The notes under the pieces are model-generated. The model was given only the letters and a program-made list of their open reading frames with translations, was not told the origin of the DNA and searched no databases. The position numbers and the translations under genes were made by a program. From positions 105,214,001 to 105,278,000 of the forward strand of contig OZ024745.1 of assembly GCA_964016885.1 (NCBI GenBank): a stretch of DNA of 64,000 bases, written 5' to 3'. This stretch comes from Eledone cirrhosa (taxonomy: Eukaryota). Shown in pieces: positions 38,332 through 51,129 of the stretch; position 1 is the stretch's first letter, and each line of letters opens with the position of its first letter.

Positions 38332-39060
38332 CAATCTTCTCCACATCGAACAATGGCGTTCCATTATTATCTACTGTCCACAATCTAATATAAATGTAGA
38401 TTAATATATCTCGCACAATGTAAACGTGCCATCGATTTTATAAATTTAAAAGTTATACAATCTAAACAGGACATCATTTTCTCAATAACCAAGTGCTTTA
38501 ACAACATCGAAACTAAATAAAATACAAAATTCAGAGTGCAATATAACAGAATTATACATGGTGATTTCAAAACGTCCCTACAAGGACGTAGAGTTTGACA
38601 GAAAATCCATTACTTACAGTGATACTGTCATGCGTTTAACAATGTACACGAGGAAGACTGTTCAGTTTCTTTATGGTTTCGTCATGGTGAGGAAAGCAAG
38701 CAATGGACTATACAATGGGCAGCTATTATAGAATAGAAGTTCGCAAGTTGATGGACCTATATATCCTTGTCATATTCTTAAATAGATTCAGGTCCCTAAA
38801 CACAAAGCTCTACAGGCTCTACAGGGGTGACAGGAATGCAATATCCTTTCACATGATCAAGTACCTATTCAAATTTAGGAGAAACTGAATACATATATGA
38901 AAATGTTATAAATTAAAAACTACCATCAGAATAAAATACCGTTTACATTTTAGATATCAGGTTACATCTACCAGCCTTTTATAAACCCGAACTACAAATA
39001 CATTGTCCAGCCACAATCATGAAGATTTTTAGCTAAAAAAAAAATGAACGAATTCAATAT
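38330..39060 (+). pseudogene. Penelope-like element reverse transcriptase remnant
   Basis: DYTMGSYYRIEVRKLMDLYIL...LYRGDR resembles the PLE RT block DVTMGSYDGAEVCELVGLYIL...LYRDDG. Confidence 0.65.
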
Positions 39061-39296
39061 CGACAAAACCATAATGGTTTCTGAGTTAGACACAAGGCCA
39101 ACAATTTTTTGGGAAAGGGAAAGTCAATTAAATCAACCCCGGTGTGTTACTGGGTCTTTATTTCATCGACCCGTTAGGATGAAAGGCAAAGCTAACTTCG
39201 GCGGGATTTGAATCAGAATGTAGGGTGGGAGTGGTAGTGTAGAATCCTTGGAGTGTCAAACAAAATGGTTTGTGGCATTTAGTTATAGACGTTAGC

Positions 39297-40769
39297 TGGC
39301 TTGTTTCTGAGACACAAATCCCTCATTCCCTACCTATGATCCATCTCTGCTTTCCATGTTACACTTTAAGTTCAAACTTCACTCTAAGATATGATGATTG
39401 AGCGTATAAAATGCCAATTATCTTTAATCCCTTTATTACCTCAAAGCAAGCTCTTACCAAAGTATCCTTGTCTCTGTCAAATGGGTCGTCCGACATCTGT
39501 CATATCATGACTATCCACAAAGCATCCCCGCACTACTAACCCTAGTAACACATGCTTCACGCTTGACTTGTCATATACAGCTAGGTGGTTGGTTGATACA
39601 ATTCCCTTATACATATCCCTCAACATCTCATACATACAACCAAAACGATTCGCTCATAGTTAGTTTCCCCAGTTCAGGCAAAGAACCCTCCTTACAATGT
39701 TTGATGAAAATCACTCATCCCTAGAAACTCGACGGATTTTACTCAGGGCTGCAACACCTGTTAAGTCATCATCAGCACCTATGTCGCCTCCCACACTGCA
39801 ACTTATTCTTTTAGTTCTCTGTCTATTTTACGGAAACATCCTTCCGTCCATTTCTCATCAATGACTATTCTATTCCACTCTGCAATCATAGTAAATCTTC
39901 CTCAAAATTACCCTTTTCACTCCCTTAGGATCAGTATCATGTATTTATACACCAAGTAAGACAACGCTTCCGGACTTCAAACCAACATGGCGACCGGTGA
40001 TAACAATATTTGTCTCGTTTGTTTCGAACAATACACTTCTGTGTTTATCTGTATCCTCACGAAATTATTTGATTTTTCTCTACCACGGCTTATCCTGATT
40101 TTTGAAAACACGCTAAAGTTTGTCCCATTATCAAGAAAGACCATATCTCTAAGCCTAGCAATAATCATCTTATTTCTCTCTCGGAAATTCTTTGGTGATC
40201 GTATCTGGGATTAACAAGTATCTTCTCCAACTCCTTGAATTCTTTTCTCTCCTTGATGGTAACCAGAACTGTTCTCGTAAAGTCAGATTTACTGACGCCT
40301 TACTCACCTATGTGATTTCGCCCTGGCGAGTTGCAGTTTAATTATGTAAAAGCTAAACCAATTCAGAAACATCTGGTATATAAAGGGATTCCTGATGGTA
40401 GAGCATCAAAATCAGAATTCAAACTAAAAACGTATTTAAAATTCTTTGAATTGAATTTTAACACATTCAAGAAAAATAGGTAGATCGTTGTTCAAAAGTA
40501 TAAGGTGACGAAAAAATATGGTCGGTTGTGGAAATATAAATGAGGAGGCAGATAAAGATTAATTATAAACGATTTCAGATCTGGCAACGTCTCAAAACCC
40601 AAACGGGGAGTACCATGATAAAAAGTGCCCCAAAATCGGTAGAAATTAGGCATAAGAGGGAGATTTTACATAATGATAGTTATACTTATTTTCACAAGAG
40701 TAAACATATCTCACCCACCCCACGAACAGGGAGAGTTGATAGGTCTGCGATTTCATAACTGCAACACAA
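39297..40769 (+). repeat. Left arm of an approximately 1.47-kb inverted duplication
   Basis: Reverse complement of 42265-43739 with few substitutions. Confidence 0.9.
40576..40747. mobile_element. MITE with CAGACCTG-CAAC type TIRs and 6-bp TSD (mirror at 42287-42458)
   Basis: cgattt|cagatctggcaac...gttgataggtctg|cgattt. Confidence 0.65.
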
Positions 40770-40843
40770 TCCAATGCTTTTCTCACCCAGAGGGTAGGAG
40801 ATAGGGAGAGTTGACAGGTCTACGATTTCATAACTGCAACTCA

Positions 40844-40945
40844 ATGTTGTCCGACGCTTTACAGTATTGTTGGAGCGTAGAACATGCTTCGAGGCCGCGA
40901 AGCATGTTCTACGGTCCAACAATACTCTAAAGCGTTGGACAACAT
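40844..40945. repeat. 102-bp near-perfect hairpin
   Basis: 48-bp arms atgttgtccgacgcttt...catgcttcg / cgaagcatg...aaagcgttggacaacat with three non-identities. Confidence 0.9.
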
Positions 40946-40962
40946 ACTTTGTGGCATAGAGT

Positions 40963-42012
40963 AATAATTGTTTCTACGTTAGGAACAAGGCCAGCAATAA
41001 CCCAGTGCATTACTGGTACTTTATTTTATCGACCCCTCGGCGGGATTTGAACTCAGAATAGCAAGGGCCGTAACTCTATACGTCAAAGCATGGCTTCGGA
41101 CCCTCTCCCAATACTGCCAATCCACGAGTAATAATAATGGTTACTTATGTAGGCACAAGGCCAGCAATTTTGGGCGAGGGGGAAGTCGATTAAATCGACC
41201 CTACTGCGTCACTGGTACTTTATTTTATCGACCCCGTAAGGATGAAAGGCAAAGTTAACCTCGGCGGGATTTGAACCCAGAACGTAAAGAGCCATAACTC
41301 TATGCCACAAAGCCTAGTGTCTGACGTAGAGCATAGAGTAATAATAATTGTTTCTACTTTTGGCACAAGGCCATCAATTACCCAGTACATTACTGGTAAC
41401 CTTTTAGCATTTACATTACTCCATATTTAGTATTGTATTTTCACAGTAAAGGCTTTATCTTACATAATTATCTCACATAATTTTGAAGCTAAGAGATTTT
41501 GATATTATTTATTTTGAGAACAATATCTTTATGGCCAGTTTGAACAGAAAGAGGTGAAAGAATTCTGGCCAGATACAACCGGTTTAAATGCTAAAGTGTT
41601 AAAGGTTAACTATAATTACTCGGAAAATATCGCAATTCTGATAGCTCGAAGTAAAAGAAACACTCAAATCTACCACCAGTATACAATTTTAGTAACATTA
41701 TATGTTGTTCCGCTGAGGTTGACTTTGCCTTTCATCCTTACGGGGTGGATAAAATAAAGTACCAGTAATGCACTGGTTAATTGCTGGCCTTGTGCCTAAA
41801 GTAGAAACAATTATATGTTGTCTCGGTGGTTTGGCAGTATCGGTAGAGGGTCGGACGCCATGCTTTACAGCAAACAGTTACGGCCCTTTATGGTCTGAGT
41901 TCAAATCCCGCCGAGGTTTACTTTGCCTTTCATCCTTACGGGGTCGATAAAATAAAGTACCAGTAATGTACTGGGATAATTGCTGGCCTTGTGCCAAGAG
42001 TAGAAATAATTA
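40963..42012. mobile_element. Cluster of five SINE copies or fragments (minus: 40963-41125, 41135-41325, 41343-41397; plus: 41710-41813, 41826-42012)
   Basis: Family consensus matches. Confidence 0.85.
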
Positions 42013-42264
42013 TATGTTGTCTACTTAGCATTAAGTGTCACATTATCGTACCAGTATACTAAGTCAATCATCGGAAGATTGTAACAAAAGGAAATATTTG
42101 GGGTTCATAGAAAATACTTTTATTATATTAAAACGACAAATTTCCTTATGCTTTCAAATACGCTATATAAGGTTGCAATTCTGACATTTAATACGTCAAA
42201 CGTAGATTTTGCACGTAATTATTGATTTTGGGCGTTTTGACTGCAATCTTTGAAAAGCATTGTA

Positions 42265-43739
42265 TTGTGTTGCAGTTATGAAATCGCAGACCTATCAACT
42301 CTCCCTGTTCGTGGGGTGGGTGAGATATGTTTACTCTTGTGAAAATGGGTATAACTTTCATTATGTAAAATTTCCTCCTTATGCCTAATTTCTACCCGTT
42401 TTGGGGCACTTTTTTTCATGGTATTCCTCGTTTGGGTTTTGAGGCGTTGCCAGGTCTGAAATCGTTTATAATTAATCTTTATCTGCCTCCTCATTTATAT
42501 TTCCACAACCGACCATATTTTTTCGTCACCTTATACTTTTGAACAACGATCTACTTATTTTTCTCGAATGTGTTAAAATTCAATTCAAAGAATTTTAAAT
42601 ACGTTTTTAGTTTGAATTCTGATTTTGATGCTCTACCATCAGGAATCCCTTTATATACCAGATGTTTCTGAATTAGTTTAGCTTTTACATAATTAAACTG
42701 CAACCCGCCAGGGCGAAATCACATAGGTGAGTAAGGCGTCAGTAAATCTGACTTTACGAGAACAGTTCTGGTTACCATCAAGGAGAGAAAAGAATTCAAG
42801 GAGTTGGAGAAGATACTTGTTAATCTCAGATACGAACACCAAAGAATTTCCGAGAGAGAAATAAGATGATTATTGCTAGGCTTAGAGATATGGTCTTTCT
42901 TGATAATGGGACAAACTTTAGCGTGTTTTCAAAAATCAGGATAAGCCGTGGTAGGGAAAAATCAAATAATTTCGTGAGGATACAGATAAACACAGAAGTG
43001 TGTTGTTCGAAACGAACGGGACAAATATTGTTATCACGGGTCACCATGTTGGTTTAAAGTCCAGAGGCTTTGTCTTACTTTATGTATGAACACATGATAC
43101 TGATCCTAAGGGAGTGAAAAGGGTAATTTTGAGGAAGATTTACTGTGATTGCAGAGTGGAATAGAATAGTCATTGATGAGAAATGGACGGAAGGATGTTT
43201 CCGTAAAATAGACAGAGAACTAAAAGAATAAGTTGCAGTGTGGGAGGCGACATAGGTGCTGATGATGACTTAACAGGTGTTGCAGCCCTGAGTAAAATCC
43301 GTCGAGTTTCTAGGGATGAGTGATTTTCATCAAACATTGTAAGGAGGGTTCTTTGCCTGAACTGGGGAAACTAACTATGAGCGAATCGTTTTGGTTGTAT
43401 GTATGAGATGTTGAGGGATATGTATAAGGGAATTGTATCAACCAACCACCTAGCTGTATATGACAAGTCAAGCGTGAAGCATGTGTTACTAGGGTTAGTA
43501 GTACGGGGATGCTTTGTGGATAGTCATGATATGACAGATGTCGGACGACCCATTTGACAGAGACAAGGATAGTTTGGTAAGAGCTTGCTTTGAGGTAATA
43601 AAGAGATTGAAGATAATTGGCATTTTATACGCTCAATCATCATATCTTAGAGTGAAGTTTGAACTTAAAGTGTAACATGGAAAGCAGAGATGGATTATGG
43701 GTAGGGGATGAGGGATTTGTGTCTCAGAAACAAGCCGGC
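42265..43739 (-). repeat. Right arm of the 1.47-kb inverted duplication
   Basis: Reverse complement of 39297-40769. Confidence 0.9.
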
Positions 43740-44614
43740 TCTGTGGTTCGCATACTAGCTAGTGGTAATGTGTAGTGTCTCGGTTGGATCGGGGTCTACT
43801 GATTTTAGAAAAGAAACGAGACCTTTTCAGACAGGTTTGGAGTTATATTTTGCCATCTAGGGAAGTATAGATGGTGTCAATATGCCATGAGATCAAGTTA
43901 ACGATGATTTCCGGGTGGAAACCCGATTCTGATGCTTTTAACAGGGAAAACCTCGTTAAAGACACCGGTATACAAGGTAGTAATAAGTCGGGCAGCGTGA
44001 TATGCTCACAAATTCACCCCCTCCACTCCATCCCACCCACCAAAAGAGGGATTCTCAGTGTGATGATTAGACCCATTATATACAATCTGATTGCATCAGA
44101 CAATACAACGCCAGTCAATATTGACCCAGAGCCAAATAAAAACTTATCAAAAGTATCTAAACCACAGGGAGAAACAATGAGTAAGATCAAGAGAGAGAGA
44201 GAGAGAGAGGGTGGGAAAGAGAGAGGGAGAGAGGGTGTGAGAGAGGGAGAGAAGGTGTTAGAGGGGGAGGGTGGAAGATAGGGTGGGAGAGTGAGGGTAT
44301 GAGAGAGGGAGAGATGATGGGAGAGAGAGATTTTGAGAGAGAGCGTGTGTTTGTGTGTATGTGATATATGTATATATATATATCAAATATATATATATAT
44401 ACACACGCATATATATATATCAAATATATATATATATATACACACGCATATATATATATAGAGAGAGAGTTAGAGAGAGAGAGTGAGTGTGAGAGAGAGA
44501 GAGAGAGAGATAGAGAGAGAGGATAAGCAGAGAGAGAGAGAGAAAGAGAGAGAATACACTAGAGACAACAGCGTAAAATGAGCATTGAGTAATATATAGA
44601 GATAATGTAAAAAG

Positions 44615-44691
<77 letters not shown>

Positions 44692-45454
44692 AGATATTAC
44701 GAAAGACAGATGGCAGATAATTACAAACCTAACATTAAGCGTTAATATCTCTGAAATCGCTTAAGTAATCTATAAATAATTTCAATAGTCATAGATCGAT
44801 AAATGTTTAAGTTAATTTGTTTTAGTTTTTTAACAGCATATGTGTCCAACAATTCGGTATTTTGGGAAAGGAATAGGTTCACTGTCTGATTCTATATGGA
44901 AAATATATATCTTGCCTTTTGTGATTCTTCCTTGAAAGTGTTGTTTTTGGTGATTAGTTTTAGAAAACATATAAGAGAGTTTGCTTGGTGTTAGAGTGTT
45001 GGTGTTTTTCCTGAAATTTAAATATGAGATATGTTGCAGTTAGTTTTAAAGGATGAATAGGCTAAAAATTTATTTGTGCAGTGTTTTACTATCTATTTGT
45101 AGTTAGCGATGGATGCATATTCATCAGATTTCTAGATTTCCTTCGTTTACATTATTTTTGTTAAATTTACAATGAAGAGGGTGGCATTTCGATTCTCGGA
45201 CACTTTATTTTACGTTGCTCGACTTTAATGAGCTGTGGAAAGGAGTTGCGACATCACTGGTGCCTAGTTGTATATTTTTCTTTGGACGACATTCGGTGGC
45301 GTGGAGAGCGGGGACTGGTATGCTTGAGCGATTGATGCTCCTCCAGAAAATATACTTTGCTCGGGTTTGTGGTACGGAGTGGAACTTTCTAGGTTCAAAT
45401 CCCATTGCCATTCGTAACCAAAGGGAGCCTTTAATACACACACTCACCTCGCGC

Positions 45455-45518
<64 letters not shown>

Positions 45519-45519
<1 letters not shown>

Positions 45520-45694
45520 CGAAGGAAATGTGGTAAGGAACCAGGTGGACCATAACGCACCAAAGTACTCAATACTTAGGGTAGTAGAGTGGGTAATAGG
45601 AACGAGTAGGACCCCGACGGCTGAGCTCAAGCCGTTTCGACAGCTGCTAATTCGTCGAAACGGCTTGAGCTCAGCCGTCGGGGTCCTACTCGTT

Positions 45695-45699
<5 letters not shown>
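45519..45699 (-). mobile_element. Fold-back pLTR remnant in (TA)n (arms 45596-45641 and 45654-45699) with hammerhead 3' half
   Basis: c GAAA cggct tgagctc agccg TC gggg = stem III plus GUC triplet. Confidence 0.7.
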
Positions 45700-45772
<73 letters not shown>

Positions 45773-47307
45773 CTAGCAGCTTAGCCCGGCGTTGCTCGGG
45801 TTTGTCCATTTGCTATATGAAAAGATACATACAGGTAAACGTGGCTTGAAAGCGAATAAGCTTATCAATTAAGTGCATAAAGCAGTGGAACGGGTTATTA
45901 AAAGTTACGAACCAATTAGCATTTTGGACAATCAATGATGGGTTAATAATCTTCCAATACTGAATTTAGCAGACCAAAGTTGCAAGATGGTGGCCCTGAT
46001 GCCGCTGGGTGTCAGATCTGTCAGCCATGGGTGACCCTACCAGGAAATAGTTTTCCAGACAGCTCCAACACCTCCAACACCTGCACCAACATCTATAGCA
46101 CCTCTTTGTAGACGATATTGCGTGTCATCCCTTGAGGAGTGTAAGCAAAAAGTCCATTCCTGCTCCCTACGCGGGAACAGGCAACATAAAGTTGGCTATG
46201 GGAGAAGCATGGCTCCTCCAAATGGATGCCCGCCACCGACAATGTTTGCTCTTGTGACTTGTTAATGGACATGGCAAAACATGGTCTCATCGGGAATTGC
46301 GATCGCCGGAAATCGAACGGGATATCTGACGCCGAAGGAAAAAGGTTAATCTTTGGCAGTGTATTCGGCAGAATTGCCAGAAGTACAACACTATGGGTTT
46401 TGTCATATTAATATGTAACCAATAAAGTCGTAAAAAATAAATAATTTAAACATTCCAATTCATATGTCTATAGCATTAATCTGTTATATGAAGTGTTATT
46501 TTGCGGGTTGTTATTTTCAATAAGCCGATTTAAAATGCCCCAGAAAAGCCGTATGTCAATACGGAACTCCAATGACTACCCCAGCAGTTAAATTATAGAG
46601 AGGGGGAATAATCTATTATAGAGAGAGGGAAGAGCGACGGAGAGAGTAAAGCTAAGAAACTATAGGGAGGTGTGTAAAACAGTGTTGTCATATAGAGAGT
46701 GAAGAGCGACAGAGAGAGTAAAGCAGTTAAATTATAGAGAGGGGGAATGATCTATTATGGAGAGAAGGAAGAGCGACGGAGAGAGTAAAGTTAAGAAACT
46801 ATAGGGAGGTGTGTTAAACCTCAAAGCATGAAGAGAGTAAAGCAGTTAAATTATAGAGAGGGGGAATAATCTATTATAGAGAGAGGGAAGAGCGACGGAG
46901 AGAGTAAAGCTATGTTTATTGTATAAATTGATGTGTTGCTTAGTTTTCAAAGTTTATGTCGCGTTACTGAACGAAGTTTTGTCGCTGTTCTAAACTGTAA
47001 TGGTGATAGGGTATTACAGAGAGGCTTTAACCTTTTAAAGAGATTGGCAGAGGAGATTGAGAGGGGAGTAGAGAGAGGGATTAAGCGTGTAAGACAGAGG
47101 GTTACGGCATGTATTTAGTTTTATCGATTTCTTTCATAGAAACAGGACAATTTTGGCAAAGTTTATTACGCGTTGACCATCGTTGGTAAATTTGGAGCAC
47201 ATTGGAAAAAGAATCATCAAAATCGGTAGAGAAATGTGGAAATGCATAAAAATCATACACACACACAGACAGACTTCTTCCGTTATATATATATATATAT
47301 ATATTGA
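45773..47307 (-). mobile_element. Non-autonomous Helitron
   Basis: Minus strand begins TC(aatatata..) and ends with hairpin cccgagcaacgccggg then CTAG; inserted between A and T; internal tandem repeats about 46580-46910. Confidence 0.8.
46093..46330 (-). pseudogene. Helitron Pif1-like helicase C-terminal fragment
   Basis: QFPMRPCFAMSINKSQEQTL..FSHSQLYVACSRV = Pif1 motifs V and VI. Confidence 0.9.
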
Positions 47308-48112
47308 TTATAATGAGCCCGACAATTAGATTTTGTCGAGGCGCCGTTAACCACTCACTCAATGATTTTACAAAAATCGTATGTTATAAATACGAATTAC
47401 TATATGAGAGTGGACACAATATATTATATAGTGGATAAACGGATTTGTGTGGGAACACAATGAATTTTCCGAACTGTACAGTTTCATCGCTGCGCCGTGT
47501 GATCAGTTAATGCATTAACAAAATATCACGCTCAGAAATCACGTGTTATTTCCGAAAAACTTCAAGAAAGTCATATGTAGTCAGGACCGACGGAACAAAT
47601 TAACAACGGAGTTATTTTCTAAATTCTAGTGAAGGAACCTGTCCGCGATACCAGCAAAGATCAAACTTAAATCCACTATAGCGATCGTAGTAGTTTTACA
47701 TCGTGGCAGCATCACGTGACCTTCTAAAGAAGAATGTAGTCAAAATCCTTCATTAGAACAACGCACACTATTGGCGGTTAAATCAAGTTTGAAAATTGCG
47801 CCGTAGATCTCAGCCAAGGTAGTTAATTAGACAACAACAACAAAAAAAAGAAGAAAACAGATAAAAAACAGAAGTGTATAATACATAGAAATCGAACTAA
47901 TATAGAAAGATAATGTTCAACACGATCAAAGGCATATCCGTTACCAGGGAGAAATAAACATTAATTATAACGAGCCAGACAATTAGATTTTGTCTAGGAT
48001 CGCCGTAAACAACTAAATAATTTGACAAAAATCATACGTTGTAAATAAGTATTTGCATATTAGAGTGGACACAATATGTTATATAGTAGATAAACGGATT
48101 TGTGTGGGAACA
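47308..48112 (+). repeat. Diverged 150-bp direct repeats (about 47308-47457 and 47964-48112)
   Basis: Shared gacaattagattttgtc and gagtggacacaatat...gataaacggatttgtgtgggaaca. Confidence 0.75.
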
Positions 48113-48124
48113 TATCAATAGCTA

Positions 48125-48174
<50 letters not shown>

Positions 48175-48178
<4 letters not shown>

Positions 48179-48702
48179 GAAATTTCGTACTTCTAAAGAA
48201 ATACGGTCTTAGGAAGCCGTAGCTATGCAAACACCGGGGCGGGGCTAACGCCCTCTGGTGGTGTCCAGCAGAAGCAAGGGTGACAACCCGTTATGCATTT
48301 CAAGCTTGACTTGCCATCGTCAGGACGACTCCCCCCTCCCCACCGCTTGCGACTGCTGGACTTGAAATTGTATAAAGCTATGCTTGAACCGAAATCCTAT
48401 TTCTTTTCTATTATAAGTTGAGCCAACTTATGCAGCTTCATATGCAAATGAGATTAATCTCCTCATTTACACAGACGAGAAAACTATATATTCTCGGCTG
48501 TTTTCAAGTCTAGCAGACGCAAGCGGTGGAGGAGGGGGCGTTCGTCCAGACGGTGGCCAGTGGTCAAGCCTGAAATGCATAGACGGTTGTCCCCCTTGCT
48601 TTTGCTGGACACCACCAGAGGGCGTTAGCCCCCCCCCCCCGGTGTTTGCATAGTTACGTCTTCCTTAAGACGGTATTTCTTTAGAAATACGAAATTTCTA
48701 TA
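48175..48702. mobile_element. About 530-bp palindromic MITE-like element with 195-bp TIRs
   Basis: Arms 48175-48367 and 48502-48702; termini tatagaaatttcg/cgaaatttctata. Confidence 0.8.
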
Positions 48703-48959
48703 CATATTGTATAAAGTTATGCTTGAAACGAAATCTTATTTCTCTTATATATATATTTCAATACATACGGATACTTCACACATACAGAGGCATAGAAACA
48801 TACCTTTATGCATGCACACTCACACACATGTGGCTAATTAGTTGATGTTGTCAAGACGTCAATGAACAAAATTTGTTTCCAGACTACATATGAGTTATTT
48901 CTTTGTTGGAACATTTCGAAGCTTAAAACCGGCGACAAAGAATTCTTTAAGAAAATAAT

Positions 48960-49470
48960 ACATACATACATACATACAAACATTTATACATACACACATG
49001 CATACACACACATACATGCAACCATACATACATACAAACACATATACATACATATATACAAATCTACATACATCTATCCATCCATACATACATACACACA
49101 TGCATACACACACATAATGCAACCATACATACATACAAACACACATACATGCATATATACATATCTACATACATCCATCCATCCATACATACATACACAC
49201 ATACATACACACACATACATGCAACCATACATACATACATACAAGCACACATACATACATATATACATATCTACATACATACATCCATACATACATACAC
49301 ACATGCATACACACACATACATGCAACCATACATACATACAAACACACATACATACATATATACATATCTACATCCATCCATCCATCCATACATACATAC
49401 ACACATACATACACCCATACATACACCCATATGTACACACATATATACACTGACATACATACATACACGT
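48960..49470. repeat. Composite (TACA/CA) low-complexity tandem repeat
   Basis: Direct reading. Confidence 0.9.
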
Positions 49471-49825
49471 ATAGATAATAGATTTCCAGCAGAAAGTTGT
49501 TAAAATATCCATTCTTAAAAAAAAAAAAGACTTTAGTCTCCTGAGATAAAGATTAAATTAACGATGTCGATACATGCGAATAATAATGCAGAACCAGTAT
49601 TGGAAACTCTGATAAGAGTGGTTACCGCTTCAAATACTGATTATTCTCCTACGTGTATCCCCTCAAATGTTTCGATAAGAGAAATAAGTTAGGTGTCACA
49701 CATTTGAAACAAAAGTTGCGATCAATTAGAAGAACGCCGAAACAAAATGGATGACATTTTCGCTTCTAAACAGTATAACGTGGTGGTAGTATGTGATTTA
49801 ATGGAACAGAGGAAAATATACGAAA

Positions 49826-50050
49826 AATAATAAAAATAAAAATAAAAATAAAAATAAAAATAAAAATAAAAATAAAAATAAAAATAAAAATAAAAATAAA
49901 AATAAAAATAAAAATAAAATAAAATAAAATAAAATAAAATAAAATAAAATAAAATAAAATAAAATAAAATAAAATAAAATAAAATAAAATAAAATAAAAT
50001 AAAATAAAATAAAATAAAATAAAAATAAAATAAAATAAATAAATAAATAA
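49826..50050. repeat. (TAAAAA)n grading into (TAAAA)n
   Basis: Direct reading. Confidence 0.95.
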
Positions 50051-50837
50051 CAAAAAAATAATGAATTAAAAAATTAAGTTAAAAGGTAAAAAAAAAAAAA
50101 TTAACAAAAATCCTTAGCAGAGTTAAATTTAAATGTCAAACGATTTGTTTGCCTTTTTAATCATTTAACCCCTCCTCTACTTCGCTACAAAGAAAAAAAA
50201 TCGTGAACTTGTTTACTTCATGTTTTCTGTAAGAAAATACATTTAAGTTTTCTTTGCGTTTTGGTTAATATTTTTTTATCTTGTTGAACGTAAAGAAATG
50301 TAAGGCAAATCAAAATTCAAACGACAAATTTAGAGCCACTTAATAGAATTGGTTATATATTGAATGAGTCTTGAATATATGCACTACCATAGATAATGAA
50401 TAATAAAAGTCACGAGGAGTTGCAATCAATAAACGAAATAATAAAAAGTAACGAGACTGAGGAATTAAGTTCAACAACCATCATCATCACCACCTACGTT
50501 ATCGTAATCAACATTATAATGAACGTCACCATCGTCGTTGTTGTCAACTCGAACCAACGGAGTGTAATATCGATACGGTGGCACGATCTGCTAGAAATAG
50601 CAGCCAAATCTCTCTCAAACGAGAAATTACCGTTAAAAAAAACGTTAAAAAAACGAAAATAAAATCAGAATGCTACATTGGATAGCGAGGTAACAAAAAT
50701 CATGATACAGGATGGCCTTGGCTTAACAAGTAAAGGACACATTGAAAAATATAGTTCCTGAAAATAACAAGAACATTATTGTAATTTCTTCTATGACCAT
50801 TCATTTCCAATTTCAAACAATACATTAAAAAAAAAAA

Positions 50838-51047
50838 TGATTTCTACTATAGGCACAAGACCAGCAATTTGGAGAGAGGAGAAAGCCGATTAAATCGACT
50901 CCAGTGTGTTACTGCTGCTTTATTTTACCGACCCCGTAAGGATGAAAGGCAAAGCTAACCTCGGCGGGATTTGAGCTCAGCAGGATTTGAGCTCATAACT
51001 CTATGCCATGAAGCATTTTGTCCGACTCCCTAGCGATACTGTGAATC
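50838..51047 (-). mobile_element. tRNA-head SINE (diverged)
   Basis: Reverse complement of family consensus. Confidence 0.8.
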
Positions 51048-51129
51048 CTAATAATAATCAATACTACAAGGCTAACTGCAATATATGTTGCAGCTATTGT
51101 ATTTGTAAAAGAAAGTGGGTACTTCTTTA

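Noticed and set aside
39550-39720. GIY-YIG endonuclease remnant (LYI...RFAH)
   Set aside because: Too few residues match to support without a profile search
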